Assembly (NCBI GenBank): GCA_965207885.1
Contig: OZ242311.1
Location: 4,064,001-4,128,000 of the forward strand
Length of the DNA stretch: 64,000 bases
Direction of reading: 5' to 3'
DNA from: Candidatus Latescibacterota bacterium
Lineage (GTDB): Bacteria; Latescibacterota; UBA2968
The notes under the pieces are model-generated. The model searched no databases, was not told where the DNA came from, and saw nothing but the letters and a program-made list of their open reading frames with translations. Shown here in pieces: positions 1 to 9,406 of the stretch (its first letter is position 1; each line of letters begins with the position of its first letter). The translations under genes were made by a program, and so were the position numbers.

Positions 1-1
1 C

Positions 2-844
2 TACATCGGCGAAGAAGCCGTTGCCGTGGGCGTTTGCGCTGCACTGCGCGACGACGACTTCATCACCAGCACCCACCGCGGGCACGGGCACTGCGTTGCC
101 AAAGGCGGGAACCTCGAAGCCATGATGGCCGAAGTGATGGGCCGCGTCACGGGCCACTGCCGCGGCAAAGGCGGCTCCATGCACATCGCCGACATGTCCG
201 TTGGCATCCTCGGCGCAAATGGCATTGTCGGCGGCGGATTTGGCATCGCCACAGGCGCAGCACTCTCAGCCCAAAAACGCGGCACCGACCAGGTTGCCGT
301 CTGCTTCTTTGGCGACGGTGCCTCCAATCAGGGCATCTTCTTCGAAGTCATGAACTTCGCCGCAATATGGAAACTCCCGGTCATCTACGTCTGCGAAAAC
401 AACCACTACGGCGAATACACCCCCACCGGAAACGTCACCGCAGGTAAAAGCATCGCCGATCGCTCCCTCCCCTTCGGCATTCCCAGCACAACCGTAGATG
501 GCAGCGACGCCATTGCCGTGTACGAAGCCACTGCCCAGGCCGTTGAACGCGCGAGAAAGGGCGATGGCGCCACACTCATCGAATGCGACACATACCGCTA
601 TCGCGGGCACCACGTTGGCGACCCCGGGGAAGGCTATCGCTCAAAAGAAGAAATTGAATCATGGATGGCCAAAGATCCCATCCAGCAGCTTCGCACAAAA
701 ATCTTAGACGACAACATCGCCTCCGGAGCCGAACTCGATGCGGAAGAGCGCGAAGTTAAAAAAGAAATGGAAAACGCGCTCGAAGCTGCCAAAGCCGCGC
801 CTTATCCCGATGTTGAGGAGGTCAATCAACATGTCTATGCGTGA
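2..844 (+). CDS. TPP-dependent dehydrogenase E1 alpha subunit (pyruvate/acetoin dehydrogenase family), 5'-truncated by window edge
   Basis: Motifs STHRGHGH, GKGGSMH, GANGIVG, TPP motif FFGDGA...ENN and YRYRGH; frame open from position 2 (YIGEEAVAVG). Confidence 0.93.
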   Translation, partial: YIGEEAVAVGVCAALRDDDFITSTHRGHGHCVAKGGNLEAMMAEVMGRVTGHCRGKGGSMHIADMSVGILGANGIVGGGFGIATGAALSAQKRGTDQVAVCFFGDGASNQGIFFEVMNFAAIWKLPVIYVCENNHYGEYTPTGNVTAGKSIADRSLPFGIPSTTVDGSDAIAVYEATAQAVERARKGDGATLIECDTYRYRGHHVGDPGEGYRSKEEIESWMAKDPIQQLRTKILDDNIASGAELDAEEREVKKEMENALEAAKAAPYPDVEEVNQHVYA

Positions 845-1835
845 AATGACTTATGGCGAAGCCGTCAAAGAAGCCATGGCCGAAGAAATGCGCCGCGATC
901 CCACGGTCTTTCTCATGGGCGAAGATGTCGGCAAAGCAGGCACGGTCTTCAAAGTACTCCTCGGTTTGCACGACGAATTTGGCGACAACCGCGTCATCGA
1001 CACGCCCATTGCAGAAGCGGGTCTCGTCGGCCTTGGCGTTGGTGCTGCACTTACCGGCTCGCGCCCCATTGTCGATATCATGTTTGGCGACTTCATCACC
1101 CTGGCAATGGACCAGATCGTAAACCAGGCCGCCAAACTGCGCTACATGTCCGGTGGTCAGGCCATCGTGCCCATCACCATCCGCTCCACAATGGGCGCAG
1201 GGCGCTCCTCTGCCGCGCAGCATTCGCAAAGCTTGCACGCCTGGCTCGCGCACATCCCCGGCCTCAAAGTCGCCATTCCCTCCACACCCGCCGACGCCAA
1301 GGGCCTCTTCAAAACCGCCGTTAGAGACGACAACCCCGTCGTCATTTACGAAGACAAAATGATGTACGCCCTCAAAGGCATGGTGCCCACAGAAGAAGAC
1401 TACACCATACCCTTTGGACAGGCCGACATCAAACGCGAAGGCGACGACATCACCCTCATCGCCACATCGAGCATGGTTCACGTCGCCCTCGAAGCTGCCG
1501 ATGCACTTGCCGAACAGGGCATCAGTGCCGAAGTCGTTGACCCGCGCACCCTCGTTCCGCTCGACAGAGAAACCCTCATCGAATCCGTGGTCAAAACCAC
1601 CCGTGCCGTCATCATCGACGAAGGCTATAAAAATTTTGGTATCACAGGGGAAATCGCCTCCATCGTCTATAACGGCGCCTTTGACTACATCGACGCACCC
1701 ATCGTTCGCCTCGGCGCAATGGACGTACCCGTTCCATTTAGCAAACCCCTCGAAGACGCCACAATCCCCACGCCCGGAGATGTGATCAAAGCCGTGCAGG
1801 ACATGAAAATCATCCGCAGAAAAAAACGCGAATGA
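831..1835 (+). CDS. 2-oxoacid/acetoin dehydrogenase E1 beta subunit
   Basis: Motifs MGEDVG, DTPIAE, DQIVNQAAK, AAQHSQ, EVVDPRTL; RBS GAGGAGG before ATG 831, overlapping the alpha gene. Confidence 0.93.
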   Translation: MSMREMTYGEAVKEAMAEEMRRDPTVFLMGEDVGKAGTVFKVLLGLHDEFGDNRVIDTPIAEAGLVGLGVGAALTGSRPIVDIMFGDFITLAMDQIVNQAAKLRYMSGGQAIVPITIRSTMGAGRSSAAQHSQSLHAWLAHIPGLKVAIPSTPADAKGLFKTAVRDDNPVVIYEDKMMYALKGMVPTEEDYTIPFGQADIKREGDDITLIATSSMVHVALEAADALAEQGISAEVVDPRTLVPLDRETLIESVVKTTRAVIIDEGYKNFGITGEIASIVYNGAFDYIDAPIVRLGAMDVPVPFSKPLEDATIPTPGDVIKAVQDMKIIRRKKRE

Positions 1836-1836
1836 G

Positions 1837-1870
1837 CGGTGTACAACTGGCCGACTCTCAGGCCAGTTCA
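1837..1870 (+). repeat. Dispersed palindromic repeat CGGTGTACAACTGG-loop-CCAGTTCA, copy 1
   Basis: Same motif at 41747-41774 (+) and 56623-56656 (-). Confidence 0.75.
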
Positions 1871-1988
1871 TTTGAGCGTTTTACGCAGATGGACGCAGAT
1901 AAGATCAAGATCACAGCAGGCAATGTAGTGGTGTGTGTACGTTCCCAAGGCCAGTTCAAAAAAGTCACTCCAACAGGATGCGAACAGT

Positions 1989-3812
1989 ATGATCGACGCA
2001 AAGATAATGATTGTTGAAGACAATGCCTCCGATGCCGCACACCTCGAAAAATGCCTGAAGAATTTGGGATACACAGTGTACGCCGCGGTTTCGTGCAGGC
2101 GTCAAGCCATTGAAAAAGCCGCAGACCTGTGTCCCGACCTGGCCCTGATCAATCTCAAGCTCAAAGGGGAGATCACCGGCCCTGAAGTAGCTGATCAGAT
2201 CGGCAACCGGTTCGATGTCCCTGTGTTATATCTGACTGACGAAGCTGAGGGAGACCCGTTGCTACAGACACAGGCGACCAACCCCTTTCGGCTTGTGATG
2301 AGGCCGTTCGAGGAGCGGCAACTGCACCTGAACATCCAAACCGCCCTTGCGATGCACGAGAGGGAAAACAGGCACAAAGAGACAGAGGTCAGGTTGAAAC
2401 AAACAATCAACAAATTGGAAGATGTCACCCACCTCATGGAAGCGGTATTCAACAGCATGGATGAGGGTGTGGTTGCGGTTGATGAAAACGGGACATTCAT
2501 GTTTTACAATTCAAGCGCGAGGCGGATCGCCGGTGACCATCCGGAGCCAGTAGAAGCAGATATCTACAAATGGGCTGAAATGTACGGTATTTTCAAGCCC
2601 AATGGAGAACTGTTTGGTTCGTTGGATGATGATAGTCCGCTTGGCATTGCCTTGAAAGGCGGAACAGCGGACGAGGTCGAAGTATTCTTACGCAACGAAT
2701 TTAAGCCGGAAGGCGTTCACATCAGGGGTAGCAGCAGACCTCTTTTGAGAGAAACAGGTGTTTTGAAGGGGGCCGTGCTCGTCTTCCGCGACATCACCAG
2801 AGAGATAGAGGCCGAGCAGATGAAGGCCGAGTTGCTGCGCTTGCGCTCCGAGTTGGAGACGGCCAGTTTATTTCCCAGCCTGATCGGCACCAGTTCCGTA
2901 ATGCAGGATATATACAAGCTAATTCAGCAGGCCGCCGAAAGCGATATCACGGTGTTGATTAGCGGTGAGAGCGGCACAGGCAAGGAATTGGTAGCCAACT
3001 CATTGCACGCCTACAGCCTGCGCAAGGATGAGCCGTTCGTGGCCCTCGATTGCGCCGCCATTCCTGAAACGCTCATCGAAAGCGAGTTATTCGGACATGA
3101 ACAAGGGGCTTTCACGGGAGCGACGGCGCAGAGAATCGGAGCCTTCGAGCGCGCCAATGGCGGCACGCTGTTTCTCGACGAGATCGGCGACATGCCGTAT
3201 GTCCTGCAAGGCAAGCTATTGCGCGTTTTGCAGGAGCGGGAAATCCCGCGGATCGGAGGAACATCTCCCATTCCCATCGACATCCGCGTGATAACAGCGA
3301 CCAACAAGGACCTGGAGCGCGCAGTAAATGCAGGCACGTTCCGCCAGGATCTGTTCTATCGCATCGCGGCCTTCCCCATCACGATTCCGCCTCTGAGAGA
3401 GCGGCATGAAGATATTCCCCTGCTGGCCAAGCATTTTCTCGAAAAATACACTGTCCAGGCTGGCAAATCCATAAGCGACATTTCTACCCTTGCCCTGCGC
3501 CTGTTGCTTCAGTACAATTGGCCGGGCAATGTGCGCGAACTGGAGAACGCCATAGCGCGCGCCGTACTGTTGGAGACGACCGGGGTGCTGCAAGCAGATA
3601 ACCTGCCGTCTCAGCTATCGCCGGCCGTTGCTTTGGGAAGAGACCTCTCTGCACCACTGGCGATCCTGCCGCTGGCCGAGATCGAGCGACAGGCCCTGAT
3701 CCACGCACTCGAGGCCACGGACAACAACATTACTCAGGCCGCCCAAGCACTGGGTATTAATCGGGTGACCCTGTACCGGAAGTTAAAGAAATACAACATT
3801 GTCAGGGATTGA
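1989..3812 (+). CDS. Sigma-54-dependent transcriptional activator (receiver-like, PAS, AAA+, Fis-type HTH)
   Basis: [45 protein letters not shown] and C-terminal [16 protein letters not shown]. Start chosen at [11 protein letters not shown]. Confidence 0.93.
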   Translation: MIDAKIMIVEDNASDAAHLEKCLKNLGYTVYAAVSCRRQAIEKAADLCPDLALINLKLKGEITGPEVADQIGNRFDVPVLYLTDEAEGDPLLQTQATNPFRLVMRPFEERQLHLNIQTALAMHERENRHKETEVRLKQTINKLEDVTHLMEAVFNSMDEGVVAVDENGTFMFYNSSARRIAGDHPEPVEADIYKWAEMYGIFKPNGELFGSLDDDSPLGIALKGGTADEVEVFLRNEFKPEGVHIRGSSRPLLRETGVLKGAVLVFRDITREIEAEQMKAELLRLRSELETASLFPSLIGTSSVMQDIYKLIQQAAESDITVLISGESGTGKELVANSLHAYSLRKDEPFVALDCAAIPETLIESELFGHEQGAFTGATAQRIGAFERANGGTLFLDEIGDMPYVLQGKLLRVLQEREIPRIGGTSPIPIDIRVITATNKDLERAVNAGTFRQDLFYRIAAFPITIPPLRERHEDIPLLAKHFLEKYTVQAGKSISDISTLALRLLLQYNWPGNVRELENAIARAVLLETTGVLQADNLPSQLSPAVALGRDLSAPLAILPLAEIERQALIHALEATDNNITQAAQALGINRVTLYRKLKKYNIVRD

Positions 3813-4083
3813 ACCGAACAAGTGATCTGGCCTGAGCACCGTCGAATTTCCTGCTTTTGCCATCCCAACTGCAAGTCGGTCTTTGTCTTCAGTACGCGAT
3901 ATTCCACCTTCTCCTGTTAGACCGGCCTCTGGGATGAGTTCGCATTGAGTATGTATTTCAAAATGTATCACTTGTTTTAAATTGCAACAAATCCTCTATT
4001 TCCCACCTTCAATTTTCCCATAAATCATTTATAAACAGATATTTATCGTATATCTAACTCAGTGGATATGCGTTTCCAGGCAG

Positions 4084-4114
4084 TTTGAAGTGTCGCATTC
4101 TGCAACACTTCAAA
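4084..4114. promoter_or_regulatory. Inverted repeat, candidate upstream activator sequence for a sigma-54 activator
   Basis: TTTGAAGTGT-CGCATTCTGCA-ACACTTCAAA has 10-bp perfect arms and contains TGT-N11-ACA; a second TGT-N11-ACA lies at 3973-3989. About 70-100 bp upstream of the -24/-12 box. Confidence 0.6.
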
Positions 4115-4183
4115 AATCTGCGAATCATCTCCCACCTGCTCTAACTCCTTCATATTCAAAGAATTAGCTCGTTTGTTACAAAC

Positions 4184-4199
4184 TGGCACGATTTTTGCA
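4184..4199 (+). promoter_or_regulatory. Sigma-54 (-24/-12) promoter
   Basis: TGGCACGATTTTTGCA matches the TGGCACG-N4-TTGC consensus exactly and lies just downstream of a sigma-54 activator gene. Confidence 0.88.
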
Positions 4200-4419
4200 T
4201 ATATTGGATTGGATAAGCAAAAAATCGGTTCGACACTATTCTACATAATTCCCTTCGCGAAAGAAGGTTTTGGCGTCTAAAAATAGGGAAGATTTACGCT
4301 GAGAATGGATTAGCAAAGATGCCGGAAAGCGTATCATTTTTTGCTATCATCAGTAGATAAGACAGGTACGCGGTAAGATGTGTCAGCTTGGCCAAAAAAT
4401 GATACGCAAAGGAGATGTC

Positions 4420-5430
4420 ATGACCGCTGAAACAAAAGGTACACTTCGCCAGATCGCTTTTTTTTATGCCCTGTGCGCTGTTGTCGGCGTGTTGCTATCC
4501 CTTATCGACTTTCAGGGCATTCGCGATGCGCTGGAACTCAGCACTGGCAGCTACTCAGAAAATATGAAGAAAGAATGGACATTTTCCAAAGAGGACGACA
4601 CGAATAAGGGGATTGGTACTGGCGGCTATATCGACAATTTAAAGTTTGGCGCAGTTTTTTTTGCCCTGTTCTTTATTCTTTTTGAATACGTCATCCTCAA
4701 ATTGCAACGCCGCGCCGACTCTTATGACTGGAAGGACTCCGGTGCGTCATTCGCTATTTATCTCTTTAACGGCCTTCTTGCCCCACTGACCTTGATCTTT
4801 CAGTTTGGCCTACTCAAATGGGTAGAACCCTACGCCCTATTTCAAATCAACGATGGTCTGATTCCCTTTTTGCTCACCTTTTTACTCGCTGAGGGCGCGT
4901 ACTACTGGTACCATCGTCTGAGTCACGAAGTGCCCGTTTTGTGGGCGATACACCACACCCATCACTCCGCCCAAACATTGAATCTGTCCGTTGCGTATAG
5001 ACTGAACACGCTGGGCAGAATCGTTTCTCCCGTGACCTACGTCCCCATGATCATTTTTGGCTTCAAGCCCGAGTACATTCTCGGCGCGCTGGCCCTATCG
5101 CTGGTCTATCAGTTCTTTATCCACACGCAAACAATCGGCAAACTCTGCGTGTTCGAGAGCTCGGGTTTTAATACCCCGAGTTTGCACCGCGTTCACCACG
5201 GTCGCAATGACTGGTGTATCGACAAAAATTACGCCGGTGTGCTAATTTTATGGGATTATATTTTTGGTACTTTTCAGCGCGAAATTGGTCCCATTGACTA
5301 CGGTGTGACTACGGGACATTATAGCTATAATCCCATTAAGCTGATGCTCGGACCCCTGAACGAGTGGGCGAGGGGCCGTTTCTTCCGAGAACGCGAGAAC
5401 GCCGATCGGGCGTCTCAAGAGAAATCGTAG
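4420..5430 (+). CDS. Sterol desaturase / fatty acid hydroxylase superfamily protein (alkylglycerol monooxygenase-like)
   Basis: His boxes YWYHRLSH, WAIHHTHHS, FFIHT, HRVHH; IDKNY..LILWD..FGT; RBS AAGGAG. Confidence 0.9.
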   Translation: MTAETKGTLRQIAFFYALCAVVGVLLSLIDFQGIRDALELSTGSYSENMKKEWTFSKEDDTNKGIGTGGYIDNLKFGAVFFALFFILFEYVILKLQRRADSYDWKDSGASFAIYLFNGLLAPLTLIFQFGLLKWVEPYALFQINDGLIPFLLTFLLAEGAYYWYHRLSHEVPVLWAIHHTHHSAQTLNLSVAYRLNTLGRIVSPVTYVPMIIFGFKPEYILGALALSLVYQFFIHTQTIGKLCVFESSGFNTPSLHRVHHGRNDWCIDKNYAGVLILWDYIFGTFQREIGPIDYGVTTGHYSYNPIKLMLGPLNEWARGRFFRERENADRASQEKS

Positions 5431-5446
5431 TGAAAGGAGAATATCA

Positions 5447-5836
5447 ATGAAGCAAACAGTGTTTCTCGCTATCCTGTTTTTTGCATCCACCGCCTGGGCA
5501 GATGAACCGGATGTATCACAGCTCGAAGCGCGCCTGCAAGAAACCAAATCGAGGCTCGGTCTCACTGAGGAACAGATGGCGCAGTTGAAACCGATTTTTG
5601 CGGATCATTTTGACGCGCAGATGGCGATTCTGGACAAATACGGCCTTAACGCCGAAAATCGCGACAACCGACCCGATGCGCAGACGCTACGTGCCCTGCG
5701 CCAGGAACTCGACGAAAACAAGACCAACACCTCAAAGCGTTTGTCGGGCATTCTTTCCAAAACGCAACTGGCCGAGTTTGAAAAAATTCAGAAAGAGTAT
5801 AGAGATTTGATACGAAAAAAATTGCGATCAAGGTAG
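5447..5836 (+). CDS. Secreted helical protein, Spy/CpxP-like
   Basis: Signal peptide (STAWA); LGLTEEQ and ILSKTQ LTxxQ-like motifs; RBS AAGGAG. Confidence 0.6.
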   Translation: MKQTVFLAILFFASTAWADEPDVSQLEARLQETKSRLGLTEEQMAQLKPIFADHFDAQMAILDKYGLNAENRDNRPDAQTLRALRQELDENKTNTSKRLSGILSKTQLAEFEKIQKEYRDLIRKKLRSR

Positions 5837-5858
5837 CTCTATATGATCGAAATAAGGA

Positions 5859-6470
5859 GTGATAAATATGGTAAAACGTTTACTTGCAATCTTGTTACTT
5901 GTGATTATTTCAAGTGTGTGTATAACTGCTGAAGAATATAAACGCATAGGATGGGTCAAAAAGGGAGATGCGGAAGTATTTTTGAAGTATGAAAAAACGG
6001 AATCAAAAGATTATGAAGACTTTTATCAGTTGACCTTGAAGTGTGGTGAGGACGGTAAATTAGAGACAATGATTACAATAGGACGTTCTCCTAAGGAGTG
6101 GATCACTAAGAATGCAAGACAAGGAGAAGTGAGGGTGGAATACCAATTTAATCGAAATTCGGTTTTGGAAGATGTGTGGAGGTATTTAGAAGAATCCAGA
6201 AATAAGGCGACAATCACTGTTGCCAGTCACCCAAATTTCTGGACGTTCTACCCTCCTAATCCAAGAGATTTTGCTCATAAGTTGCTGCGGGTTATGGAAG
6301 GTGAAAAAACGCAATTCCGATTCCGAGAAACTCACAAGTTGTTGATTAATATGGAAGGTAAACCGTTATACCAAGAAACAGGACAGGATACGTTGCATTT
6401 TGATTTACGGGGGGATGCGGATGCGCGTGCTGTGCGGGATGTGTTGAGCAAATGTAAGGCATTACCCTGA
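5859..6470 (+). CDS. Hypothetical exported protein
   Basis: 203-aa ORF with RBS AAGGAG and N-terminal hydrophobic signal; no recognised motif. Confidence 0.6.
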   Translation: MINMVKRLLAILLLVIISSVCITAEEYKRIGWVKKGDAEVFLKYEKTESKDYEDFYQLTLKCGEDGKLETMITIGRSPKEWITKNARQGEVRVEYQFNRNSVLEDVWRYLEESRNKATITVASHPNFWTFYPPNPRDFAHKLLRVMEGEKTQFRFRETHKLLINMEGKPLYQETGQDTLHFDLRGDADARAVRDVLSKCKALP

Positions 6471-6527
6471 AACGAAAGGGCAAAGATGAATACCCACAGG
6501 CTTTATCACAAAAGGAGAAGTACTGTA

Positions 6528-8807
6528 ATGAACAAGATATTATTTGCTTGTGCCCTGTTTATACTAACTCTGGCGCAACCATTCTCAAGCGCATTTTGTC
6601 AAGTAACAGTAGATCCTATCGTCACTCTTGGAGACGGAGGGCATACGAATGGGGTCATTTCTGTATCATTTTCTCCGGATGGTAAGACACTGGCTTCAGG
6701 GTCTGCGGATGATACGGTCAAGTTATGGGACGTAGCGACAAGGCAAAATATCGCCACGCTCTCAGGGCATAGGGGAAATGTCACTTCTGTCTCATTTTCC
6801 CCGGATGGCAAGACACTGGCTTCAGGGTCTGCGGATGATACGATCAGGCTGTGGGACGTAGCGACAGGGCAAAATATCGCCACGCTCTCAGGGCATAGGG
6901 ACTGGGTCAATTCTGTGTCATTTTCTCCGGATGGCAAGATACTGGCTTCTGGGTCTTCGGATGATACAGTCATACTGTGGGATGTGGGATTAGGCGCACC
7001 TATCATTACCCTTGTAGGACATGATCATTGGGTCATTGATGTATCATTTTCTCCGGATGGTAAGACACTGGCTTCTGGGTCAAGGGATGGTACTGTCAAG
7101 CTGTGGGACGTTGTAACAAGGCGACATATCGCCACGCTCTCAGGGCATAGGGATCGTGTCCATTCTGTGTCATTTTCCCCAGATGGCAAGATACTGGCTT
7201 CTGGGTCTTCAGATGATACAGTCATACTGTGGGATGTGGGATTAGGCGCACCTATCATTACCCTTGTAGGACATAGGGGAAATGTCTTTTCTGTATCATT
7301 TTCCCCGGATGGTCAGATACTGGCTTCTGGGTCTTCAGATGATACGATCAGGATGTGGGACGTTGTAACAAGGCGACATATCGCCACGCTCTCAGGGCAT
7401 AGGGAAAATGTCACTTCTGTATCATTTTCCCCAGATGGCAAGACACTGGCTTCTGGGTCTTGGGATGAAACAGTCATACTGTGGGACGTAGCGATAAGGG
7501 AAAAGATTGCTACCTTTGGGGGAGCCATGCATAGGGATCGTGTCCGTTCTGTATCATTTTCCCCAGATGGTCAGATACTGGCTTCTGGGTCTTTGGATGG
7601 TACGGTCATACTGTGGGATGTTGTAACAAGGCAAAGTATCGCCACGCTCTCACATTGGGAATATGTCCGTTCTGTATCATTTTCCCCAGATGGCAAGACA
7701 CTGGCTTCAAGGATTTGGCCGAAGACGGTCAAGTTGTGGGACATCGCCACGCTTTCAGGACGTACGTATCATCAGGTCATTTCTGTGAAATTTTCCCCGG
7801 ATGGCAAGACACTGGTTGTGTTAAGGAAAAGTGATGATACAGCCGAACTGTGGGATGTGGGATTAGGCGCACCTATCGTTACCCTTGGACCGATCTATTC
7901 TGTATCATTTTCCCCGGATGGCAAGACACTGGCTTCATGGTTATGGAATTCGGATGCAGTCAAGTTGTGGGACGTAGCGACAGGACAAAATATCGCCACG
8001 CTCTCAGACGGGTATCTGGTCTATTCTGCGTCATTTTCCCCAGATGGCAAGACACTGGTTGAACACGGTTATACAGTCAAGTTGTGGGATGTAGCGACAG
8101 GACAAAATATCGCCAGGCTCTCAGGACATACGCATCGTGTCAATTCTGTATCACTTTCCCCGGATGGTCAGATACTGGCTTCTGGGTCTTCGGATAATAC
8201 GATCATGCTGTGGGACGTAGCGACAGGGCAAAATATCGCCACGCTCTCAGGACATACGAATCCGGTCATTGATGTATCATTTTCTCCAGATGGCAAGACA
8301 CTGGCTTCAGAGTCTTCGGAGGATAATACGATCATGCTGTGGGATGTAGCGACAAGGCGACATATCGCCACGATTACATTCGACCGTACCTTTTTTATAT
8401 CATTTTCCCCGGATGGCCAGACACTGGCTTCATGGTATCCGGATAATACGGTCAAACTGTGGGACGTAGCGACAGGGCAAAATATCGCCACGCTCTCAGG
8501 ACATAGGGGAGATGTCAATTCTGTATCATTTTCCCCGGATGGTCAGATACTGGCTTCTGGGTCTTATGATAATACAGTCAAGCTGTGGGATGTATCAGAG
8601 TGGAATACATTGGTGGAGAAAGCCCCCACGCCCGACTTTGATGGGAATGGGCAGGTTGAGTTTGCAGATTTTTTGGCATTTGTAGAGAAGTTCGGGACAA
8701 GTCGAGGCGATTCGGGTTACGACGCAAAATACGACCTGGATGGCGATGGCGCGATTGGGTTCGGGGATTTTCTGATTTTTGCTAACAGTTTTGGCTCTGC
8801 GGGGTAA
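6528..8807 (+). CDS. Secreted WD40-repeat protein with C-terminal dockerin/EF-hand-like domain
   Basis: About 16 GH...SVSFSPDGKTLASGS.D.TVKLWD repeats; C-terminal PDFDGNGQVEFADFLAF...YDLDGDGAIGFGDFLIF; signal peptide. Confidence 0.92.
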   Translation: MNKILFACALFILTLAQPFSSAFCQVTVDPIVTLGDGGHTNGVISVSFSPDGKTLASGSADDTVKLWDVATRQNIATLSGHRGNVTSVSFSPDGKTLASGSADDTIRLWDVATGQNIATLSGHRDWVNSVSFSPDGKILASGSSDDTVILWDVGLGAPIITLVGHDHWVIDVSFSPDGKTLASGSRDGTVKLWDVVTRRHIATLSGHRDRVHSVSFSPDGKILASGSSDDTVILWDVGLGAPIITLVGHRGNVFSVSFSPDGQILASGSSDDTIRMWDVVTRRHIATLSGHRENVTSVSFSPDGKTLASGSWDETVILWDVAIREKIATFGGAMHRDRVRSVSFSPDGQILASGSLDGTVILWDVVTRQSIATLSHWEYVRSVSFSPDGKTLASRIWPKTVKLWDIATLSGRTYHQVISVKFSPDGKTLVVLRKSDDTAELWDVGLGAPIVTLGPIYSVSFSPDGKTLASWLWNSDAVKLWDVATGQNIATLSDGYLVYSASFSPDGKTLVEHGYTVKLWDVATGQNIARLSGHTHRVNSVSLSPDGQILASGSSDNTIMLWDVATGQNIATLSGHTNPVIDVSFSPDGKTLASESSEDNTIMLWDVATRRHIATITFDRTFFISFSPDGQTLASWYPDNTVKLWDVATGQNIATLSGHRGDVNSVSFSPDGQILASGSYDNTVKLWDVSEWNTLVEKAPTPDFDGNGQVEFADFLAFVEKFGTSRGDSGYDAKYDLDGDGAIGFGDFLIFANSFGSAG

Positions 8808-8948
8808 AATAGAGGATGATAGAGGTTGAACAAACGCGCGCCCTGGAGGAAAGTTTATCACTTATGTGGAGTAATTCATTTTCTGGAGAATCTCAAAAAA
8901 GGAGATGGCTAAAAGACCATCCCCTTAACTTATTTCGGTGCTTCGGCA

Positions 8949-9011
8949 CTATTGTATATCATTCCCAAAAAAAGCAATCTGGCGAAGCGTACCTTTTGTT
9001 TGGGCGTTCAT
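8949..9011 (-). pseudogene. Truncated 5' fragment of a paralog of the 4420-5430 desaturase gene
   Basis: Reverse complement of 8967-9022 matches 4409-4464 at 51/56 nt, including RBS and ATG; encodes MNAQTKGTLRQIAFF versus MTAETKGTLRQIAFF, then stops after 20 codons. Confidence 0.8.
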
Positions 9012-9406
9012 GACATCTCCTTGGAGTGAGACGCCGGAAGCGTTTCTCGGTGTTCCGGCGTCTCGGTAAAACCTCGCTGTCAGAGAGTACCCCATTCTCC
9101 GACGCCCATAAATTTAGGGTATTCGCCCAGGATACGCAATCCACTTGTCCCCAGACGACATATACGTTTCAACAGCTGCGCGAGTGATATGCAAAATCGA
9201 GCTTGATAAATTCGATTCTCAATATATCTTCATTGTCTCTACTATCCCATGAATACTGAGGACACTTCAATGTCTGGCAAACAGAATCATGGAGAAAGCT
9301 TGGGATGCGGATTCAATGATCAGGAACGCGAAGGCGTTGCAGCGTGTAGTGAAGGAATTGAAAAAGAACAGGTCCGAACCATTGCTATATTAAAATCGGA
9401 GGAAGG

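Noticed and set aside
9060-9110. Fluoride or other known riboswitch
   Set aside because: Only a superficial GGAGAATGG resemblance; the conserved downstream elements were not found.
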